Origin: a virus
Lineage: Duplodnaviria; Caudoviricetes
Direction: 5' to 3' (one strand)
IMG/VR virus record: IMGVR_UViG_3300037483_001128
Span: 1 to 61,280 of that record
DNA: 61,280 nt
The position numbers were made by a program, and so were the translations under genes. Below, in pieces: positions 37,556 to 46,810 of this stretch. Position 1 is the first letter of the stretch, and the number at the start of each line of letters is the position of its first letter. The notes beneath the pieces are model-generated. The model was not told where the DNA came from, ran no database searches, and was given only the letters and a program-made list of their open reading frames with translations.

Positions 37556-39622
37556 ATGGCCGAAGACCTGATCACCGACACTGAGGTTTACTCAGAAACC
37601 CCCATCAAAAAAGGTACGTGGGCGTTTCTGCGTGACCCACACGCGGAGTTGCTGTTGGCCTCCTGGGTGCTGGAAGAGAACCCCGATCAGGTGTACCAGT
37701 GGGCGCCGTTTGAAGGCGAACTGCCTCCCAAAGACATCATTTTCTATCTGCAGAGCGCCTGTACCCGGAAAAAATGGGCGTTTAACGCCATGTTCGACTT
37801 TTGGGCGTACAAACTCTTGCTGCCAAAACTCGGCTTTCATTTTCCGATGGACATTCGGGACTGGCGCTGCGACATGGTCAACGCGCTATCAAAGAGTTTG
37901 CCGAGCGGTCTCGAGTTACTGTGCCACGTACTCGGCCTGCCGCTCGACAAACAAAAACAGGCGCACGGTAAAAAACTGATCAAGCTGTTCTGCCAGCCGC
38001 AAGTCAACAAAGACGGATCCACGTGGCGGGCAACTCCACAATCGCACCCGGACGAGTGGCGCTTGTTCAAGGAGTACAACAAACAAGACTCCATCGCCCA
38101 GTGTGCGGTACACCGCATCCTGCAGCGCTGGCCCTGCAACGAATGGGAGTGGGACCTATGGCATCGGGACCAGGAGAAAAACGCCTACGGTCTGCCGATC
38201 AACACCGACATGGTCGTCGGGGCTCTCCGTATCGCACACCGGGAGAAGTCCCGGGCATTCGCCAAGATGAAATCCATTACCGGTCTCGACAACCCGAATA
38301 GCATCACGCAACTGCATGAGTGGCTGGATGATCAGCACGTGTACGTTCCAGACATGACCAAGCTGTCCGTAGCGGACGCCCTTGCGCACCCGGAAACCCC
38401 GGAGTACGTACAGGAAGTGCTACTGTGCCGACAAGAGGTCGCCAAGACCAGCACGGCTAAGTACGCTGCCCTTGTGGGCACAGTTTGCCCGGACGGCCGT
38501 CTGCGGGGTGCCTTCCAGTACCGCGGCGCCCCGCGCACTGGACGGGCTTCGGGGCGCATCTTCCAGCCACACAATCTGCCGAAAGGCAAGTTGGAGATAA
38601 AGGAACTGCACGAAGCCGTGGAACTGATTCAGCAGGGAGACCCGCAGGACGTGTTAGGACTGTACTACGGTCGGCCGATGGACGTGTTGAGTAGCTGTAT
38701 TCGCGCTGTCGTACAAGCGCCTGCCGGGCAGCTTCTCCTGGTCGCGGATCTGAGCGCTATCGAGAACCGGGTGCTGGGCTGGCTGTCCTGTTGTTCTGGT
38801 ATCCTGGACGTTTTTAGAAACGGTCTGGATCCCTACAAGGACTTTGGGTCCCGCATGTTTCGCAAGCCCTACGATCAGGTCACCAAGAAAGAACGTAATG
38901 ACAGCAAGCCGCCGGTTTTAGGCTGCGGGTTCATGCTCTCCGGGGGCATCCTACGCAAGGACCCCCGAGACGGCCGCATGGTGAAGACTGGTCTGTGGGC
39001 GTATGCCGAAGCCATGAAAATCGAGTTGACCAAAGAACAAGCGCACACGGCCGTTCAGGTCTTCCGCGAAGCGTTCCCGGAAGTCGTCCAATTTTGGTGG
39101 GACGTCGACAATGCGTTCCGCCACGCGATCGAGCATAAGACGACGGTGCAAGTAGGGTATCTGACGTTCCGTTGGGAAAAACCGTTCGTCACAATCCAGT
39201 TGCCTTCGGGGCGCAAACTGTATTATTGCTCGCCCAAAATCCTGTATCGCATCCCGCCGTGGGAACTGGATAAGGAACGACCGAAGCCAAAACTGACAAT
39301 TACCTATAATCAGATGGACCCCAAAACGAACCAATGGATGCGCGTGACGACGCACCCGGGAAAAATTACGGAAAACTGCGTCCAAGCAGTAGCCAACGAC
39401 ATTCTCGGGGAAGGCTTGCGCGAAGCGGACCGACTGCGTCAAGAGGACCCCGACTTCGAAATCGTTGGCGACGTGCACGATGAAATCATTGCAGTAGCTG
39501 ATGCAGACTCCCCGGTCACTATCGACGATCTGTGCAAGGCTATGTCAAAGCCTGTACCGTGGGCACCGGGTTTGCCGCTCGCAGCAAACGGATTCATTAC
39601 GACTGTTTATAGGAAAGACTGA
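37556..39622 (+). CDS. Family A DNA polymerase with 3'-5' exonuclease (APSE/SPO2-like)
   Basis: Exo DTE and FNAMFD; RTGR; motif A ADLSAIENR, motif B RxxxKxxxLG, motif C VHDE. Confidence 0.95.
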   Translation: MAEDLITDTEVYSETPIKKGTWAFLRDPHAELLLASWVLEENPDQVYQWAPFEGELPPKDIIFYLQSACTRKKWAFNAMFDFWAYKLLLPKLGFHFPMDIRDWRCDMVNALSKSLPSGLELLCHVLGLPLDKQKQAHGKKLIKLFCQPQVNKDGSTWRATPQSHPDEWRLFKEYNKQDSIAQCAVHRILQRWPCNEWEWDLWHRDQEKNAYGLPINTDMVVGALRIAHREKSRAFAKMKSITGLDNPNSITQLHEWLDDQHVYVPDMTKLSVADALAHPETPEYVQEVLLCRQEVAKTSTAKYAALVGTVCPDGRLRGAFQYRGAPRTGRASGRIFQPHNLPKGKLEIKELHEAVELIQQGDPQDVLGLYYGRPMDVLSSCIRAVVQAPAGQLLLVADLSAIENRVLGWLSCCSGILDVFRNGLDPYKDFGSRMFRKPYDQVTKKERNDSKPPVLGCGFMLSGGILRKDPRDGRMVKTGLWAYAEAMKIELTKEQAHTAVQVFREAFPEVVQFWWDVDNAFRHAIEHKTTVQVGYLTFRWEKPFVTIQLPSGRKLYYCSPKILYRIPPWELDKERPKPKLTITYNQMDPKTNQWMRVTTHPGKITENCVQAVANDILGEGLREADRLRQEDPDFEIVGDVHDEIIAVADADSPVTIDDLCKAMSKPVPWAPGLPLAANGFITTVYRKD

Positions 39623-39921
39623 TGAAAGAAATACTGCTCCAATCCTGGTGTGTTGCCTTCGCCTCCGCGCGCGGCGTGGTCGGAATTCGACTGCACGGTT
39701 CTCAGAATTCTGGCCAACCGGACTACGTGTTCCTCTTTGACGACGGGGTCTCGGTATTCGTGGAGTTCAAGCGTGAGGGCAAAGCACTCGAAAAACTGCA
39801 AGCCTGGTGGCGCGAGCAAATCCTGCGCGTGAAGCATCGGCACTATAAAATCGACACGCAGGAAGATTTCAAACACCTGTTCGTCCGATACCCATATCCG
39901 GCACAGAGGGCCAAGACATGA
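39622..39921 (+). CDS. VRR-NUC nuclease
   Basis: GQPD...FVEFKR...LQ motif. Confidence 0.85.
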   Translation: MKEILLQSWCVAFASARGVVGIRLHGSQNSGQPDYVFLFDDGVSVFVEFKREGKALEKLQAWWREQILRVKHRHYKIDTQEDFKHLFVRYPYPAQRAKT

Positions 39922-40109
39922 AAGACCAAATCGTTCTTGAAGCGTGGGTGCACCTGAAACAACTCAACGAAGAAAATATCGAACTCGTGAAACTCTACGC
40001 CCTGCGTTTGCTGGCACCCTCGATCCGCTCCGCGCTGGCTGGGGTTCTGATCTTGTGGGGCTGCAAACTTTACAGAAGCGCCCTAAAAACCGAGGACAAA
40101 AAACAATGA
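39918..40109 (+). CDS. Small hypothetical protein
   Basis: ATGA-coupled on both sides. Confidence 0.6.
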   Translation: MKDQIVLEAWVHLKQLNEENIELVKLYALRLLAPSIRSALAGVLILWGCKLYRSALKTEDKKQ

Positions 40110-41869
40110 GCCGGATACTCCCGTTCGATCGCATACTGGCGCAGCATGTCGTCGCCCTCGGCAAGACCCGCTCCGGGAAGTCGTCGAAGCTGCGCGTCCT
40201 CGTGGAATGGCTGCTGGATCACAGACGTCCCGTCACAATTATAGACCCCAAAGGCGACTGGTACGGTCTCAAATCGTCCGCCGACGGTAAGGAGCCGGGC
40301 TATCCGATCGTCATATTCGGCGGCGAACATGCCGATGTGCCGATCAACGACCGTTCGGGCGCCCAGATCGCCGAAATTATCGCGGCAGGGAATCGGCCGT
40401 GCTTGATCGATCTTGGTGGCTGGATGATCGCCGAACGTACCCGGTTCTTTATTGATTTCGCCGGCACCCTGTTCAAGTTGACAAAGGGCAACCGGTTTCT
40501 GGTGATCGACGAAGTCCATAATTTTGCGCCCAAGGGCCGAATCATGGACCCTCAAGCGGGCAAAATGCTGCACTGGGCGAACCGCCTGGCAAGCGAGGGA
40601 CAGGGAAAGGGACTGGTATTGCTGGCTGCGTCCCAGCGCCCCCAGAAAGTCCATAATGATTTCCTGACCAGCTGTGAAACCCTGATCGCCTGCCGACTGA
40701 CCCACAAGGCCGATCGGGACGCCGTAAAAGACTGGATGGATGGTTGTGCAGATCCGGCTATCGGCAAACAGATGATCTCAGGCATCGCGCAGATGCCGCG
40801 CACCCATGCGTGGGTGTGGTCTCCGGAGATTGATTTCGGTCCGAAGGAAATCACGTTTCCCTTGTTCCACACGTTCGATTCGTTCAAACCCCGGGGCGCT
40901 GATGACGAGGTCAAACTGAAAGGCTGGGCGGAAGTCGACCTGCAGGACTTGACGGTCAAACTGGCCTCTCTGATCGAAGAGGCGAAAGCACAGGACCCGG
41001 ACACGCTGAAAAAGACTATTGGCGAATTGCAACAGCGAATTCGTGTTCTCGAGAAAGGCACAAACGAAGCCGATCTGGAAGCGCGCATAATCGCGGCAGT
41101 GGACGCCGCCCTTCGGGACAGCGCCGAAGAGCACCGGAATCGGTTTCAGAAACACATTAAAACCGCTCAGGATGTGCTCAGTAAAACGGTCGACGACCTG
41201 CTCCGTGCTATTGAAACGCTGACGCTCCCTCAAGAGGCTATACCCAAGTTCGTTCCGAAGACCCCGCGAAAAGCTGGAGTTTCTCCGGTATCCGCAGCGC
41301 GATACCCCGATTTCACAGCCCCGAAATCCCGTCAGGCCGAAGGGCCAGGTCCCGGTGAAGCTGTGTATTATGTGCCGGATAAAGAGGGCCGGCCGACGCT
41401 CTCGGCGCCCGAACAGAAAATTCTGAATTCACTCGCCTGGTGGGGTGCGACAGGTCTTGGCGAACCCTACACCAAGATCCAGGTGGCCACGATCGCTGGG
41501 TACACCCTGAGCGGCGCTTTCTCTGAACCCTGTGCAAGCCTGCGTAAAAAAGGTTTCATCGAGTATGTCGACGGCAAAATACAAATGACACTCGCGGGAG
41601 GTCGTTGGGCGGCACACCCGGACAAGCCAACACGAAAAGTCCTGCACGATCGCGTTCGTGACAAACTGAACGGTCCGGAAACCAAACTGCTGAATGTATT
41701 GCTAAGCTGTTACCCGGAAAGTGTGGTCAAGTCTGAATTAGCCGAACGCGCCGGGTACAAAATGAGTGGTGCGTTCAGCGAACCGATGGCCAGTTTGCGT
41801 TCACTCGGATTGGCCACGTATCCAACCGCGGGCGCGGCGCGCGCGGCGGATTTTTTATTTGCACTTTAA
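40106..41869 (+). CDS. HerA/DUF87-like ATPase with coiled coil and tandem C-terminal wHTH
   Basis: GKTRSGKS, IIDPKGD, VIDEVH and SQRP motifs. Confidence 0.88.
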   Translation: MSRILPFDRILAQHVVALGKTRSGKSSKLRVLVEWLLDHRRPVTIIDPKGDWYGLKSSADGKEPGYPIVIFGGEHADVPINDRSGAQIAEIIAAGNRPCLIDLGGWMIAERTRFFIDFAGTLFKLTKGNRFLVIDEVHNFAPKGRIMDPQAGKMLHWANRLASEGQGKGLVLLAASQRPQKVHNDFLTSCETLIACRLTHKADRDAVKDWMDGCADPAIGKQMISGIAQMPRTHAWVWSPEIDFGPKEITFPLFHTFDSFKPRGADDEVKLKGWAEVDLQDLTVKLASLIEEAKAQDPDTLKKTIGELQQRIRVLEKGTNEADLEARIIAAVDAALRDSAEEHRNRFQKHIKTAQDVLSKTVDDLLRAIETLTLPQEAIPKFVPKTPRKAGVSPVSAARYPDFTAPKSRQAEGPGPGEAVYYVPDKEGRPTLSAPEQKILNSLAWWGATGLGEPYTKIQVATIAGYTLSGAFSEPCASLRKKGFIEYVDGKIQMTLAGGRWAAHPDKPTRKVLHDRVRDKLNGPETKLLNVLLSCYPESVVKSELAERAGYKMSGAFSEPMASLRSLGLATYPTAGAARAADFLFAL

Positions 41870-42026
41870 CAAGCGAGAGCGGCACCCGGATCAGAGCCTC
41901 CGTGCATTGTCAAAGACGGCGTCGGTAGACTTACTCGCAATAGTCTGATCCCACTTGAAAAACTAGGAACCGCAGTATTGTTTACGCAATCACAGATACT
42001 TCTTCAACCCCTTAAGGGAGGCAAAC

Positions 42027-42425
42027 ATGATTGGTACAACCGAAAGTGATCTGGAGTCCGCTCCCGGAACCGACCCCATTTCGATTCAGTTTCTCTCGAA
42101 CGCCGAATTAGCGCTGTGTGGTGGTATAACGCTGCCAAAGCACCTGTGGAGAGCTGGTCATCATATTACGCACCCGGTACACGGAGACCTGTACCTGGTT
42201 CGGCCGACCGATGACGGCGGTTTTTTCAGTGACCGACCGGTGGGGGTCCCTACCTCGGTCGCGTATCTCACGGAGACACTGAATTCTATTGAACAACTCG
42301 TTCTCGAGAGCCTTGCAGACGTAGCCGCGAATCCGGTCACCGACAAACGCTGGGCGGCGATCGGTAAAACCGATATCGAAAAAGGCTTCCTGGCCCTGCG
42401 CCGGGCGGTAACAAAAACGCCGTGA
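42027..42425 (+). CDS. Acb2/Tad1-hairpin-like protein (candidate nucleotide-signal sponge)
   Basis: RWAAIGKTDIEKGFLALRRAV resembles Acb2 RWAAIAKTDIQTGVMALVRAI (recalled); AAGGGAGG RBS. Confidence 0.7.
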   Translation: MIGTTESDLESAPGTDPISIQFLSNAELALCGGITLPKHLWRAGHHITHPVHGDLYLVRPTDDGGFFSDRPVGVPTSVAYLTETLNSIEQLVLESLADVAANPVTDKRWAAIGKTDIEKGFLALRRAVTKTP

Positions 42426-43456
42426 CCGTTTACTATAATGAACTAGACCCGTTTTGCGCCCAATGGTTGCGGAACCTGATCGACGCCGGCAAGATTCCGT
42501 ACGGCGTCGTCGACACCCGGAGTATCGAAGATGTCACACCGCAAGACCTCGTCGGATATACCCAGTGCCACTTCTTCGCCGGACTCGGCGGATGGCCCCT
42601 TGCTCTCCGTCTTGCCGGGTGGCCGGATAGTCGGCGAGTATGGACAGGAAGTTGCCCGTGCCAGCCTTTCAGCGCGGCAGGCAAAGGCGCTGGGTTTGCT
42701 GACGAGCGGCACCTGTGGCCTTACTGGCATTGGCTCATCCAGGAGTGCGGACCTGAGCTTATTTTTGGTGAACAGGTTGCGTCCAGTCGTACAGACCCTT
42801 GGATCGACCTTGTACACTTTGATTTGGAAACCTTGGGTTACGCCTTCGGGTGTGTGCCGGCTCCGGCTGCGGGGTTCGGTAGTCCGCAACTCCGCGACCG
42901 CACTTACTGGGTGGGTGACGCCGAGCACGCGAGACTGGAAGGACACCCCAGGTATGTCGACGACCGGCATCAATCCAGACGGTTCCACGCGCGCGCGCGT
43001 AGATCAACTGCCGCGTCAGGCTTTCTTAGCGGAATGGCCGACGCCGACGCACATGGACGCTCACCGGGGCTGCGGAGCGCCGCGCCCGCAGGACACGGGG
43101 ATCCCGCTGACGCAGATGGTGGGGCTCGCCGGGTGGCCGACGCCGACCAGCAAAGTGTCGGCGGGCGGCGAGTACAAGGACCAGGAGAAAGCCTTGGTGC
43201 GAGTGCTCGGGCCGCATTCGAACGACTTGCGGGACTTCGCGAAACTGACGGAAGAGAGCCCGGCCCGAATAACGGATTCTGGAGAGCTGCTGACTGGCTC
43301 TTTTGCCGGGATGGAAAGTGGCGGGCTGTTCAACCCGGGACATTCCCGCTGGCTGCAGGGATACCCGGAAGACTGGGACGCGTACGCGCCTACGGAAATT
43401 CAATTAACGTCCGTCACGCAGCAGAGTTCATCCGAGCTTTCGACCCTTTACTTTGA
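42422..43456 (+). CDS. DNA cytosine-5 methyltransferase, alpha chain
   Basis: FFAGLGG (I), GSCPCQPFS (IV), EQV (VI), QLRDR (VIII) and YGNSI (X) motifs. Confidence 0.92.
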   Translation: MTVYYNELDPFCAQWLRNLIDAGKIPYGVVDTRSIEDVTPQDLVGYTQCHFFAGLGGWPLALRLAGWPDSRRVWTGSCPCQPFSAAGKGAGFADERHLWPYWHWLIQECGPELIFGEQVASSRTDPWIDLVHFDLETLGYAFGCVPAPAAGFGSPQLRDRTYWVGDAEHARLEGHPRYVDDRHQSRRFHARARRSTAASGFLSGMADADAHGRSPGLRSAAPAGHGDPADADGGARRVADADQQSVGGRRVQGPGESLGASARAAFERLAGLRETDGREPGPNNGFWRAADWLFCRDGKWRAVQPGTFPLAAGIPGRLGRVRAYGNSINVRHAAEFIRAFDPLL

Positions 43457-43469
43457 CCCCCTACTATGA
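42531..43469 (+). CDS. Overlapping alternative-frame ORF; putative MTase beta chain with motif IX
   Basis: 312 open codons nested in the MTase; W(P/V)TP repeats and FNPGHSRWLQGYPEDW. The true start is uncertain. Confidence 0.65.
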   Translation: MSHRKTSSDIPSATSSPDSADGPLLSVLPGGRIVGEYGQEVARASLSARQAKALGLLTSGTCGLTGIGSSRSADLSLFLVNRLRPVVQTLGSTLYTLIWKPWVTPSGVCRLRLRGSVVRNSATALTGWVTPSTRDWKDTPGMSTTGINPDGSTRARVDQLPRQAFLAEWPTPTHMDAHRGCGAPRPQDTGIPLTQMVGLAGWPTPTSKVSAGGEYKDQEKALVRVLGPHSNDLRDFAKLTEESPARITDSGELLTGSFAGMESGGLFNPGHSRWLQGYPEDWDAYAPTEIQLTSVTQQSSSELSTLYFDPLL

Positions 43470-43756
43470 ACATTGACGCCACAACCGAAGTGCCACTGGT
43501 CGCCCCAGCGAGTCTGCGTCAGCTGCAGAACGCTATCCGCGCCCACAAACTCGCGTTTGGTCCCGTGGACTACGGCAACCTGTTGGGCCACGAATGCCTG
43601 GATGACGCCGAAGAGTGGCTGGAAAAAGTCCTGTCGAAGATGCTGGCAGAGAACAGCCGTCGCAACGTGCACGACTACTGGCACCACCAGCGAAAAATGC
43701 AGCAAAGATGGACCGCCAGTCAGGTGGATGGAACAGATGAAACGCCCCCGTTCTGA
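43466..43756 (+). CDS. Hypothetical protein
   Basis: ATGA-coupled to the stop of the overlapping beta ORF. Confidence 0.65.
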   Translation: MNIDATTEVPLVAPASLRQLQNAIRAHKLAFGPVDYGNLLGHECLDDAEEWLEKVLSKMLAENSRRNVHDYWHHQRKMQQRWTASQVDGTDETPPF

Positions 43757-43757
43757 C

Positions 43758-45119
43758 ATGAAGCCCCACCAGACGCAGAGTGCCGAGCTGATTAAACAGC
43801 GTCGGTACTTGGCGCTGTGGCTCGCCATGCGGCAGGGCAAAACGATCGCCACACTGACCGCTGTTCAGGACCTGTACGATGATTTCGAAGTCAAAAAGGT
43901 GTTGGTCGTCGCCCCCAAAAAGGTCTCCCTGAACTCGTGGCCGGAAGACCTGCAGGCATGGGACCACATCAGCCTGTCCTGGACCGAAATAAAAGGCTCA
44001 CCAAAACAGCGGCTGGCCGCGGTCCAGCAAAACACCACGGTCCACATCATCGGCCGCGACAACGTCGCGTGGTTGGTCAGCACCATCGGTAAAGAGGACT
44101 GGCCGTACGACATGGTGGTGCTGGACGAGTCTCGGTCCTTCAAAAACCACGTGCTCAAAACCCCGAACGAAAACTACACCCGGTTCGGTGCAATCGCCCT
44201 AGTGCGCCCGAAGATTCGCCGACTCGTGGAACTCACCGGGACGCCGGCACCGCGGAACTACCAGGACCTGTGGGCACAGATTTACCTGCTGGATGGCGGC
44301 CGGCGCCTCGGGAAAAACATCACGGCGTTCCGCCGCGAGTACATGGATCCCGGCCGGGAGCACTACCAGTGGACCTTCAAGGAAGGCGCGGAAGAGTGCA
44401 TACGCCAGGCACTGGTCGACATCGCGTTCGCGATCGAGGGCACGCCGCTGCCGGAACCGGTCATCGAGGACATCCCGATCGACCTGCCTCCGGACGCCTG
44501 GGCACTCTACAAGGAAATGAACGAAGACAAGATTATTACGGGCCTGCAGGGGTACGACATCGTGGCCATGACGCCCGGCATCAAGGCGGAAAAACTGCAC
44601 CAGATTGCCGCGGGTTTTGTTTACCACCACATCGTCGACCTCGAGAACCAGACCAAGAACCGGGTCGAAATTCCGATCCACGAGGAAAAGCTGAACACGC
44701 TGGACGAACTGCTCGAATTCAGCGACAACCCGGTCATCATCGTGTACATCTTCCAATGGGAGCGCGATCAAATCCTTGCCCGGTACAAAGACGCGGTGCT
44801 GCTGGACGACAACCCCGAAACAGTTAAACGGTGGCAGCGCGGCCAGATTGGAAAACTCGTGATGCATCCTGCGTCCGGCGGACACGGACTCAACCTATGG
44901 GAAGGAGGTCACGAGATTATCTGGATGAGCCTGACGCACGACGCCGAGTTGTACGCCCAGGTGAACCAACGCCTGTCGTCGCAGGTCAAGACCAAGCCTA
45001 CCACTGTTTACCGGCTGCTGGCGCGGCGCACCGTGGACTACGGGATCGTGGCGTCGAACGGCATCAAGTTCGCGAACGAGCGCGAGCTGATTAACTTTAT
45101 TTTGGCGTACTCGCGCTGA
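43758..45119 (+). CDS. SNF2-family helicase
   Basis: MRQGKT, VLDES, LTGTP and GHGLNL motifs. Confidence 0.92.
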   Translation: MKPHQTQSAELIKQRRYLALWLAMRQGKTIATLTAVQDLYDDFEVKKVLVVAPKKVSLNSWPEDLQAWDHISLSWTEIKGSPKQRLAAVQQNTTVHIIGRDNVAWLVSTIGKEDWPYDMVVLDESRSFKNHVLKTPNENYTRFGAIALVRPKIRRLVELTGTPAPRNYQDLWAQIYLLDGGRRLGKNITAFRREYMDPGREHYQWTFKEGAEECIRQALVDIAFAIEGTPLPEPVIEDIPIDLPPDAWALYKEMNEDKIITGLQGYDIVAMTPGIKAEKLHQIAAGFVYHHIVDLENQTKNRVEIPIHEEKLNTLDELLEFSDNPVIIVYIFQWERDQILARYKDAVLLDDNPETVKRWQRGQIGKLVMHPASGGHGLNLWEGGHEIIWMSLTHDAELYAQVNQRLSSQVKTKPTTVYRLLARRTVDYGIVASNGIKFANERELINFILAYSR

Positions 45120-45155
45120 TCGACTCCGCGCCCTGCTGACTGATGAGGCTAGATT

Positions 45156-45326
45156 ATGACTGAGCTATTGATATGGAGTCTCATGCTGGCGTGGCTTATA
45201 CCAACCATTTTAACACTGGTTGTTGCCATCCTTCTCATGGACCCTGAATTGCTATTTATTGCGTTCCTGTGGCCCTTTGCGCTGGTCAGCAAAATTAAGC
45301 GCAAGCTGACTGATGAGGGGGAGTGA
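45156..45326 (+). CDS. 56-aa two-TM membrane mini-protein
   Basis: GAGG RBS; MTELLIWSLMLAWLIPTILTLVVAILLM...; TGATG-coupled. Confidence 0.55.
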   Translation: MTELLIWSLMLAWLIPTILTLVVAILLMDPELLFIAFLWPFALVSKIKRKLTDEGE

Positions 45327-45760
45327 TGAACTATACAAAATTTTGTAATGCATGCAGAAAGCGCACCGTATGGGTGGGTCTCCGCTGCGCAGAATGTGAA
45401 GGTATCCATACAGCAAATGAGACTATAGAAAGTTTGAAATCCGAGACTCGTAAACAGGGCAGAGAAAAGGACCAACCCATGACTGACAACCTACGCAAGC
45501 TGGCGGAGAGGGCCGACAATATGAGCCCTAACACGCCGAATTTATTAAGGCACGTTGATGACCAGAATCTTAAAGAATTCGCCCGGCTGCTGATAGAGGT
45601 ATGTGCTGCGCAAGTGCCAACGTCATGGCTTGATCCGCTGCTATGCGGGCCTGAAACAGATAGTTTGCCTCTGGAGATGGCTGGTGTAGAACGCCTATTG
45701 ATAAGACTTCGACAACGCATAAGCGCCCTGAGCGCGAAAGGAGAGAGTGATGAAGGGTAA
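45326..45760 (+). CDS. Hypothetical protein (Zn ribbon; possible internal start at 45479)
   Basis: CNAC...CAEC motif; AAAGGA RBS before the internal MTDNL. Confidence 0.6.
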   Translation: MNYTKFCNACRKRTVWVGLRCAECEGIHTANETIESLKSETRKQGREKDQPMTDNLRKLAERADNMSPNTPNLLRHVDDQNLKEFARLLIEVCAAQVPTSWLDPLLCGPETDSLPLEMAGVERLLIRLRQRISALSAKGESDEG

Positions 45761-46238
45761 CAAGGCAAAGCTACTGAGAGTAGTCGCCGCCGAGGCGAAA
45801 CGCAAAGCCGCCTCAAAAGCAGTGACCGCCGCCGTTAAAGCCGCCTTCCCGGTCGGAAGCGTGCATCAGGTGGAGGTGCGATACGGAGTTGTAGCAACCA
45901 TTAAAATTACAGGGTACCGTGAAAATTGGTGGTATTACCCCGGCGAGATTTTCGGGCGTAATACCCGCACTGGGAAACTGCGCACGTTCCATTTTTCAAA
46001 AATTGTCGATGTACAGAGGACAGCCCCAATGACTGAGCCAACAAGCCTGCCAGAAGCCATACAAGCCGAAGTCGCAAGGTTGCGCAACACAATGGCCGAT
46101 ACAGAGGCGCTGCTTCCGAGTGCCCGCACAAACTGGGTATTCTATACCATGGCCATCGAAGCGGCAGAAACGGCAGTACGCGAGCAGGATACAGTTGCAA
46201 TGGTGCGGCTCCTTCCTGAACTGAGGGGAATGGAATGA
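45750..46238 (+). CDS. Hypothetical protein (possible internal start at 46029)
   Basis: GGAG RBS; AGAGGA before the internal MTEPT. Confidence 0.6.
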   Translation: MKGNKAKLLRVVAAEAKRKAASKAVTAAVKAAFPVGSVHQVEVRYGVVATIKITGYRENWWYYPGEIFGRNTRTGKLRTFHFSKIVDVQRTAPMTEPTSLPEAIQAEVARLRNTMADTEALLPSARTNWVFYTMAIEAAETAVREQDTVAMVRLLPELRGME

Positions 46239-46282
46239 CTGAGCCAACAGCGAAGGACGGGGCAACCGCCACACCGCAGCGT

Positions 46283-46810
46283 TTAGTCTGCCGGGCGTTG
46301 ATCCGCCGCTATAGCAGTGTTGAACCGCTTGTATTTGCTATAGGCCACCCACCCCCCGACGCGAACGCCCTTGTGCATCGCCTGGCGCTGGGTCCAGCGA
46401 ACGCCCGATTCGGCCATAGATAGCAGGAATTCGCGGTCACAGAACGCACGCGAGAGCGCTGGCGCTTTGCTGTACAGGAAATCGTGCAGTACGGCGTCCT
46501 TGCGGTGCTTGCCGTTGACATCGATGATGCTGCGCAACAAGCGCGGGATACTGGCCAAATCCGTAACGAAGTCGATCGGAATCTCGACACGGAAACCTGC
46601 GATCGTCGTGACGCCGCGCGAAACCATTTTTGCAGGCGTCAGCCAATCGGCGTTGGCGCTGTCCAGAAGCGCTGTTCGCAGCACATCAGGCATCTTGTCC
46701 CAGTCGATCCAGCGAACATAACCAAGGGACTCGAAGAGTCGCCATCTACCGGCGCTGTCCCCTAGATCTTCAACGCGAAGGGGATTCTGGAACATCGGAG
46801 GGCTCCCCAT
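46283..46810 (-). CDS. DUF1353 domain protein
   Basis: FVTDLASIPR...AVLHDFLY...DREF...GVRVGG motif. Confidence 0.88.
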   Translation of the reverse strand: MGSPPMFQNPLRVEDLGDSAGRWRLFESLGYVRWIDWDKMPDVLRTALLDSANADWLTPAKMVSRGVTTIAGFRVEIPIDFVTDLASIPRLLRSIIDVNGKHRKDAVLHDFLYSKAPALSRAFCDREFLLSMAESGVRWTQRQAMHKGVRVGGWVAYSKYKRFNTAIAADQRPAD

